64,000 bases of DNA, taken from NCBI GenBank assembly GCA_051875105.1, contig JBJEGN010000108.1, positions 501-64,500 of the forward strand. Reading direction: 5' to 3'. The notes beneath the pieces are model-generated. The model did not search any database and was not told the origin of the DNA. It was given only the letters and a program-made list of their open reading frames with translations. Origin of the DNA: Candidatus Gastranaerophilaceae bacterium (GTDB lineage Bacteria; Cyanobacteriota; Vampirovibrionia; Gastranaerophilales; Gastranaerophilaceae). Numbering within the stretch: the first letter of the stretch is position 1; every line of letters begins with the position of its first letter. Of the stretch, positions 57,959 through 64,000 are shown piece by piece. Made by a program: the position numbers and the translations under genes.

Positions 57959-59792
57959 CGTGGCTGACCAATTCTATGAATTTTTCTACAAGGTCTTTAC
58001 TCCATTTTGAGCCTGCTCCCTGATGAATTATCTCTATTGCCTTTTGGATGTCAAAAGCTTTGCGATATGGTCTGTCTTGAGTCAATGCATAATAAGCATC
58101 AACAAGAAGAATAATTTGCGAACTTAACGGAATATCTTTTCCGGAAGATTTACCGGGATAACCGGTTCCATCCCAATTTTCGTGGTGTTTTTCTATAATT
58201 GGGATAACATCTTGGATGCTGCTTATCGGACGCAAAATATCTCTTGCCGCAATTACCGGATGCGATTTTATCATATTCTTTTCTTCTTCCGTTAAAGCAT
58301 CTTCCTTTTTGAAAATATTTTCCGGTAACATAATATTTCCGATATCATAAAGCAATACCGCAATTTTTAATTTGTCGATTTCTTCCTTTGGCATATCCAT
58401 TTTTTTTGCAAGTTTTACTGCCAAGAGAAGTTTTGATTTTGTAAATCCTGATTGATAAGTTGAGTTATATGATTGAGTGATAATGTCTACAACCGAGTAA
58501 ATTGTTTCTTTTGCATCTTTTTCTGAGGCGGAAACAGAACTCAATCGAGCCGTAATATCACCGGCAAGTTCTGCCGGTATTTGAACTCTTTGTTTTGAAA
58601 CAATATCCAAAAATGCGTTGACCGCAATTTTTTGCCAATTTGTTTCTTTTTGTTTTTGTGTAAGTTGAACTTGATTTCGACCGTTTATTTTGGCTCGATA
58701 CATAGCTTGATCGGCAAGTTCTGTTAAATCATAAACATTTTTACTGTGCTCCAAAAAGGTTGCAACACCAATACTTGCGGTAACATTCCCTATTTTCTCA
58801 AGAGGTGTTGCCTCAATTGCCGCTCGCATTCTTTCTGCTGCAATCATAGCTCCGTATGAATCAATTCCAGGCAATAAAACATTGAACTCTTCTCCGCCTA
58901 TTCTTGCAGGAACGTCTATTGAACGAGCTCTTGATTTTAACACGTCTGAAATTGCTTTTATTGCAATATCTCCATACTGGTGACCGTATGTATCATTAAT
59001 CGTTTTTAAATGGTCAAGATCAAGTGACACTAAGGAAAAAGGTTGTCCTAATCTCAATGCTCTTTCTGCTTCTCGATTGATATTTTCTTCAAAATATCTT
59101 CTGTTATACAAACCTGTTAATGGATCTGTAACTGCTTGTTTACGAACTTCCTCAAATAAACCGGCTATTGTTATTGCAAGTTCTATCTGATTGGCAAATA
59201 GAGTTAAAAAATTAATTTCTGTATCTCGTATGTTCTCTCTGTCAGAAAATACCAACATACAACCAAATTCTTTCGATTCTGTCATACTTTCATTTTGTTT
59301 GCGATATAAAGGTACAACAATAACTGATTTACTCGGTGTATTTTTTATGATGTTTCTTACGTAATCGTGTGATAAATCCGCTAAAATACTGAAAAAAACA
59401 TTCTCTATGTCACTTGAACTCTGTATTTGTTTTTCTTTAAGAGCTTTTGCAAGGATAAAATTTTCACTGTACGGAATTCTATATTCCTTTATTTTTATAA
59501 AATCAATTTCTTTTAATGATTTTTCTAAAATTTTGCTTTCAGCATGGGCTTTTACCTGAAAATATAATCCGTTTTTGTCTGATTCTTTCGTTAAAACAAG
59601 AGTGTTTAAATAGCCCATTTGCGTTTGCAAAGAATTTACAATTGTGTCTAAAACACTCGTCAAAGGCTCTGATGAATTCATCATCTCCCAAATATTGCTC
59701 ATTGTGAGCATTGTATTATTTGCTTTGTTAAGTTCTTCTGTTTTTTCTTTAATTTCTTGCTCTAATTCGAGGTTTCTTTTGTATACGTCCAT
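57945..59792 (-). CDS. GAF-GGDEF-HD-GYP signalling protein (c-di-GMP synthase/phosphodiesterase)
   Basis: DPLTGLYNRR and GGEEF motifs, then an HD-GYP domain with LLYDIG and HHENWDGTGYP. Confidence 0.85.
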   Translation of the reverse strand: MDVYKRNLELEQEIKEKTEELNKANNTMLTMSNIWEMMNSSEPLTSVLDTIVNSLQTQMGYLNTLVLTKESDKNGLYFQVKAHAESKILEKSLKEIDFIKIKEYRIPYSENFILAKALKEKQIQSSSDIENVFFSILADLSHDYVRNIIKNTPSKSVIVVPLYRKQNESMTESKEFGCMLVFSDRENIRDTEINFLTLFANQIELAITIAGLFEEVRKQAVTDPLTGLYNRRYFEENINREAERALRLGQPFSLVSLDLDHLKTINDTYGHQYGDIAIKAISDVLKSRARSIDVPARIGGEEFNVLLPGIDSYGAMIAAERMRAAIEATPLEKIGNVTASIGVATFLEHSKNVYDLTELADQAMYRAKINGRNQVQLTQKQKETNWQKIAVNAFLDIVSKQRVQIPAELAGDITARLSSVSASEKDAKETIYSVVDIITQSYNSTYQSGFTKSKLLLAVKLAKKMDMPKEEIDKLKIAVLLYDIGNIMLPENIFKKEDALTEEEKNMIKSHPVIAARDILRPISSIQDVIPIIEKHHENWDGTGYPGKSSGKDIPLSSQIILLVDAYYALTQDRPYRKAFDIQKAIEIIHQGAGSKWSKDLVEKFIELVSHDETE

Positions 59793-59910
59793 CGCATGTG
59801 ATGAAGATATAGTATTATCAACCTGTTGAAGTTTATCAAAAAATCCTTTAATCTGTGAAAAAATGATACTGCCCTCACAACATAATAACTCTTTAAATTA
59901 TACAACTTTA

Positions 59911-60960
59911 TTACCCAATTTGTAATACTTTATTCAAAAGTTTTACGATTTTTTGCGAATTTATAAAATTGATACATTTGTTAATTTCTTTATTAAGGCA
60001 TTTTTTCTTCATACAAGGCGAGCATTCACAATCTGATTGAACAGAATAATATTTTTCACCAAAAGGTGCAGTTCTTTCTGCTGAGGTTGCGAAAAACATC
60101 GTAATAACAAAAGGTTTACCAATTGCCCAAGCAATATGTGCTGAACCGGAATCAGGAGAAATAACAACGTCTGCATATTTAAAAACTTCTGCTAATTCGA
60201 CAAGATTTGTTAATCCTCGCAAATTTATTATATCTTTTTCGCTAAACTCAGATAGTATTGCAACACTCAAACCCTTGTCATTAGTTGTTCCTGTATAAAT
60301 TATATTGACCTTACCGATAAATTCTTTTATAATTTCTCGCCAGCTATTTACAGTCCAATGTTTGTTATCCCAAGTTGTTTCCGGAGAAATAACAATTGTT
60401 TTTTTATTTTTATCCAAATCTTTTAAAAGTTCCTTAACTTTCAATTTTGTATCAGATTTTATTTCAGGTAGAACAAATTCGATATTTCCTGTATCACAGC
60501 CTAAATATTTTGCAATTTCAAGATTTCTTTTTACAACATGGTAATGAATATCAAATTGTTTTCGATTAGTTTTAATTATTTCATTTGCAAAAATGCCGGA
60601 AAATTCCCTGCCGTCAGACAAGGTTATTTTTCTTTTTCCTCCTGAAAAACCCATAATAAAAGCACTTTTCAAAAGCTGTTGAGTATCTATTACTATATCG
60701 TATTTTTCTTTTCTAATATTTTTTATTAATGTGAAAAAATCTCTTATTCCGTCTGTTTTCTTATGAATTACATAAACTTTATTCAAAAGAGGATTATTCA
60801 ATACAAATTGTGCTGCTTTATCTTCTACAACCCAATCAATTTGGGCATCCGGATACTTGTTTCTTAAGGCTTTTGCAAGCGGAAGTGTGTGTATCGTATC
60901 GCCTAATGCACTTCTTCTTATTATTAATATTTTTTTTGATATGTTATTCATTGTATTCAT
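59911..60960 (-). CDS. glycosyltransferase family 9 (LPS heptosyltransferase-like)
   Basis: ILIIRRSALGDTIHTLPLAKAL N-terminus and DSGSAHIAWA motif typical of GT9. Confidence 0.85.
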   Translation of the reverse strand: MNTMNNISKKILIIRRSALGDTIHTLPLAKALRNKYPDAQIDWVVEDKAAQFVLNNPLLNKVYVIHKKTDGIRDFFTLIKNIRKEKYDIVIDTQQLLKSAFIMGFSGGKRKITLSDGREFSGIFANEIIKTNRKQFDIHYHVVKRNLEIAKYLGCDTGNIEFVLPEIKSDTKLKVKELLKDLDKNKKTIVISPETTWDNKHWTVNSWREIIKEFIGKVNIIYTGTTNDKGLSVAILSEFSEKDIINLRGLTNLVELAEVFKYADVVISPDSGSAHIAWAIGKPFVITMFFATSAERTAPFGEKYYSVQSDCECSPCMKKKCLNKEINKCINFINSQKIVKLLNKVLQIG

Positions 60961-61079
60961 TTATTTGTTGATAAGTCGTTTAAAGTATATTATCACATTA
61001 TAATCTTTTTGGGTGAACTTTTTTTTCTAACTTTTGTTATTATTAAAATACAAACACAATAAACAGTCAGGGTAAACGG

Positions 61080-61319
61080 ATGAACAGAGAGATGACAGAA
61101 AGAACAAAATCGGCTATTAATTTATGTAAAGTAAAATTGGAAAATTTAAAATCAAGATTAGATGAATCAAGAGAAGCAAATATTGTTTTTAATCGTATTT
61201 TAATCGAAAAAGCTGTCCTTGAAAGTTCAATGAAAAAAAGACCTTTTGACTTTTTGTTGAAATTTAAACAAAAATTTGTTAAAATCGAGAACAAAAGAAT
61301 ATGTGACTTCTTTAAATAG
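61080..61319 (+). CDS. questionable small ORF (79 aa) upstream of the radical SAM trio
   Basis: Open frame ending 8 nt before the first radical SAM gene. The RBS is weak and an equally long antisense ORF exists, so this may be non-coding leader sequence. Confidence 0.25.
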   Translation: MNREMTERTKSAINLCKVKLENLKSRLDESREANIVFNRILIEKAVLESSMKKRPFDFLLKFKQKFVKIENKRICDFFK

Positions 61320-61327
61320 GTGAAATA

Positions 61328-62356
61328 ATGCTTTTTTGCAAAAGACCTTTTGAAAATTTTGAAATGAACGGTAATTTTGAGGTTTTTACTTGCTGCCCGA
61401 ATTATTTCAAAGAAAGTCAAATTCTCGGAAATCTTTTGCAAGACTCACCGGAAAACATTTGGAATTCCAAAGTCGCTCAAAATTTAAGGCAGCATATTTT
61501 AAACGGTGATTTTTCTTTATGTAACAAGGAAAGATGTTGTAACTACCCTTCAATAGAAGATGTTTCTGAAGAAGAATTAAAAAAATATTCCGTAATTTGT
61601 ACCCAAAAGCCCAAAAATGTTTGGTTGTACTATGACGGATGTTGTAATGCAAGGTGTACAATTTGTCGTGATGAATTTCATGGTAATAATGAAGCTTGGG
61701 CAGATTTTGTTAATGATGTTGCAGATGAAAAAATTTTACCTTTTTTAAAAAATGCAGAAAAAATTTATTTAAACGGAGCCGGAGAAGTTTTCTTCTCTAT
61801 GCATACTAAATATTTGATAAAAAGAGCAAATGAACTTTACCCTAACTTAAAATATGATTTAGTCACAAACGGATTTTTATGCAACAGAGAGAATATAAAA
61901 AGTTTAGGATTAGAAAATAAAATTGAAAGGCTTACTATTTCAATTCATGCCGCAACGGAAGAAACTCATAAAAAAATCTTTCGAACAGGATCTTTACAAA
62001 CTGTTTTAAAAAACCTTAAAGAATTAAAAGAAATGAAAGATAATGGAGAAATTCCTTTTATCCAGTTGATTTTTGTTGTTACATCAGTAAATTACAAAGA
62101 AATGCCTGCCTTTGTACGATTGGCACAAGAGTTGAACATGGTTGCTGTTTTTTGTGACTATGTAGCTTATGATTACACAGAGATGGGTAAAAATGAAAAG
62201 GAATACAATATTATAAAACCCGAACATCCTTTACATAATGCTTTGCTGGAAGTTTTGAAATCAGATGAAATTTCAGACGGAAAACATTGTTTTTTAAATC
62301 CTATAATCCTGTCACTAAGAAATAAAGCTTTTTCTGAGCAAGAAAAGAAGGTGTAA
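61328..62356 (+). CDS. radical SAM enzyme, N-terminal SPASM/twitch-like domain, paralog 1
   Basis: FCKRPFENFEMNGNFEVFTCCP...ENIWNS...LCNKERCC, followed by CNARCTIC (CX3CX2C) and NGAGEVF. Confidence 0.78.
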   Translation: MLFCKRPFENFEMNGNFEVFTCCPNYFKESQILGNLLQDSPENIWNSKVAQNLRQHILNGDFSLCNKERCCNYPSIEDVSEEELKKYSVICTQKPKNVWLYYDGCCNARCTICRDEFHGNNEAWADFVNDVADEKILPFLKNAEKIYLNGAGEVFFSMHTKYLIKRANELYPNLKYDLVTNGFLCNRENIKSLGLENKIERLTISIHAATEETHKKIFRTGSLQTVLKNLKELKEMKDNGEIPFIQLIFVVTSVNYKEMPAFVRLAQELNMVAVFCDYVAYDYTEMGKNEKEYNIIKPEHPLHNALLEVLKSDEISDGKHCFLNPIILSLRNKAFSEQEKKV

Positions 62357-62358
62357 TA

Positions 62359-63387
62359 ATGCATTTTTGCAAAAGACCTTTTGAAAATTTTGAAATTAAT
62401 TCAGCCGGAGAAGTTTATACATGTTGTCCATCATACATAAACAATTATAGTATAGGTAACATTTGGTATAATTCTGCAGTTGAAATATGGAATTCTGAAA
62501 AAATTCAAAATTTGAGAAAAAGAATTTTGAATAATGACTATTCCTTGTGTAACAAGGAAAGTTGTTATTGTTACCAATATAGAGAAGATATTTTTGAAGA
62601 AGAAATTTTACAAAACTATTCTTCAATTTACAATAAACACCCCAAAAATATTTGGCTTTACTATGATGAAATTTGTAATGCAAAATGTGGAATGTGTAGA
62701 AATGATTTTTGCAGAAACGACCCTGAAAAAGTTGAAAAATTAAATAAAATTGCAGAAGAAAAAATTCTTCCTTTGCTACAAGGTGCAGAAACAATTTTTC
62801 TCAATGGTGGCGGAGAATTATTTTATTCTGAACATTCAAAATATTTGGTAAAACGTATAAATGAGCTTTATAATAAAGTTAAATTTGAAATAACAACAAA
62901 CGGAATTCTTTGTAATAGAAAAAATATTTTTGATTTACATTTAGAAAATAAGATAAAAACTCTTTGGATATCTATACATTCAGCAACAGAAGAAACTTAT
63001 AAAAGGATATTTAACGTTAATTGTTTTCAAAATGTGATGAACAATCTTGCAGAAATAAAGCAAATGAAAGACGAAAAATTCTTTGATAATGTTCAGCTTG
63101 TATTTGTAGTAAGTTCGTTAAATTTCAGAGAAATGCCGGATTTCGTTGATATCGCAAAGAAATTTAATATGAAAGCTTCTTTTCGAGAATATGTTCCTTG
63201 GCTTCATACAGAAATGGGGCAAAATGGAGAAAAATATACCGTTCTATCCGAAAAAAACCCAATGCACAAAGAACTTTTAGAGGTATTGAAAGATAAAAGA
63301 CTAAAAACTTCAGAATATTGCGTGTTTAATTCAATGATAGATGAATTAAGAAAAAAAGCCCAAAGTGAAGATGGAGTAGTTCTATGA
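62359..63387 (+). CDS. radical SAM enzyme, N-terminal SPASM/twitch-like domain, paralog 2
   Basis: FCKRPFENFEINSAGEVYTCCP...EIWNS...LCNKESCYC, then CNAKCGMC and NGGGELF. Starts 2 nt after paralog 1. Confidence 0.78.
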   Translation: MHFCKRPFENFEINSAGEVYTCCPSYINNYSIGNIWYNSAVEIWNSEKIQNLRKRILNNDYSLCNKESCYCYQYREDIFEEEILQNYSSIYNKHPKNIWLYYDEICNAKCGMCRNDFCRNDPEKVEKLNKIAEEKILPLLQGAETIFLNGGGELFYSEHSKYLVKRINELYNKVKFEITTNGILCNRKNIFDLHLENKIKTLWISIHSATEETYKRIFNVNCFQNVMNNLAEIKQMKDEKFFDNVQLVFVVSSLNFREMPDFVDIAKKFNMKASFREYVPWLHTEMGQNGEKYTVLSEKNPMHKELLEVLKDKRLKTSEYCVFNSMIDELRKKAQSEDGVVL

Positions 63388-64000
63388 TTTTTTGTAAAAA
63401 ACCGTTTGAGCATGTTGAAATAGACGGAAGAATGGACTGTTTTCTGTGCTGTCCACCTGTGACAAATTATCTTTCTGTAGGAAATATTGAAAATAAAGAT
63501 ATTAACGAGGTTTGGAATTCTGAAACTGCACAAAAGATTAGAGCAAGTATTTTAGATGGCTCTTTTAAGTATTGTAATCTTGGAAAATGCACTGAATATC
63601 CAAAGTTTAAAGATAAAAATGTTACAGAAATTTCATCAGAGTATAAGATTCAAATGGAAAAAATGCCGAAAGAAATTTACCTCGATTACGATTATTTCTG
63701 TAATGCAAGATGTATTTTTTGTCGAGATAACTGGTATGTAAACAATAAAAATGATCTTGATTTGTTTAACAGAATTGCCGATAATAAAATTTTACCATTG
63801 TTAAAAGATGCTGAAATTGTTTATTTGAATGGTTTTGGGGAAGTTTTTTACTCCGAGCATGCAAAATATTTTATAAACAAAGTGAGCGAACTGTACCCTA
63901 AAATAGTTTTTAATATCAGTTCAAACGGAATTTTATGCACAAAAGAAAATATGGTTAAAATGGGATTACTCGGCAAAATAAATGATTTAACAATTTCTGT
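63384..64000 (+). CDS. radical SAM enzyme, N-terminal SPASM/twitch-like domain, paralog 3 (partial, runs off the window)
   Basis: Not in the ORF track because there is no stop within the window. Manual translation gives MIFCKKPFEHVEIDGRMDCFLCCP...EVWNS...CNLGKC...CNARCIFC...NGFGEVF. ATGA overlap with paralog 2. Confidence 0.72.
   Translation, partial: MIFCKKPFEHVEIDGRMDCFLCCPPVTNYLSVGNIENKDINEVWNSETAQKIRASILDGSFKYCNLGKCTEYPKFKDKNVTEISSEYKIQMEKMPKEIYLDYDYFCNARCIFCRDNWYVNNKNDLDLFNRIADNKILPLLKDAEIVYLNGFGEVFYSEHAKYFINKVSELYPKIVFNISSNGILCTKENMVKMGLLGKINDLTIS

Noticed and set aside
61067-61441. 124-aa minus-strand ORF.
   Set aside because: It overlaps the start of the first radical SAM gene in antisense, and its composition is typical of AT-rich non-coding DNA.

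Overview
This is a 64-kb, low-GC (about one-third G+C by eye), densely coding bacterial chromosomal segment. I found no rRNA genes, CRISPR arrays or intact transposases.

Core genes:
- dtd and hydG.
- A minus-strand infA-rpmJ-rpsM-rpsK-rpsD-rpoA-rplQ-truA-rplM-rpsI cluster.
- tyrA, gmk, NIF3, rsmD, dxr, aroQ and mgtE.
- A REC-PAS-histidine kinase with a NarL-type regulator.
- A tRNA-Thr/Tyr/Thr-tuf operon, then trxA, a dCMP deaminase and a UPF0210/ACT pair.
- A 5'-nucleotidase, hemolysin III, lrgAB, a GH57 branching enzyme, tmRNA and a DHH/DHHA1 phosphoesterase.
- Skp and a GT9 heptosyltransferase, which point to a diderm envelope.

The EF-Tu sequence and parts of the gene order look cyanobacterium-like. 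Together with HydG this suggests a non-photosynthetic cyanobacterial relative (Melainabacteria/Vampirovibrionia-like). That is inference only.

Accessory or unusual content:
1. Three tandem, translationally coupled radical-SAM paralogs (61328 to the window end) have a SPASM/twitch-like Cys domain placed N-terminal to the radical-SAM core. A fourth enzyme of similar architecture is fused in an operon to an MBOAT acyltransferase (55143-57575).
2. A near-consensus promoter is followed by two near-identical ~158-nt repeat units, each built around two fragments of the adjacent tRNA-Met, and then by the tRNA itself (41130-41563).
3. A Type III R-M islet with a truncated HTH remnant and a Cys-rich orphan ORF lies on the 3' side of that tRNA.
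4. A decayed tyrosine-integrase remnant and a 24-bp duplication of the tRNA-Pro 3' end lie between convergent tRNA-Ala and tRNA-Pro.
5. The 3' trailers of tRNA-Met and tRNA-Ala are homologous over ~66 nt, in inverted orientation, 9.7 kb apart.
6. Two ~390-aa paralogs carry an HNH/His-Me-finger-like motif. Together with the DHH phosphoesterase they share a ~60-aa flagellin-like N-terminal module ending in FGG.

All similarity statements are by eye. No searches or folding computations were run.
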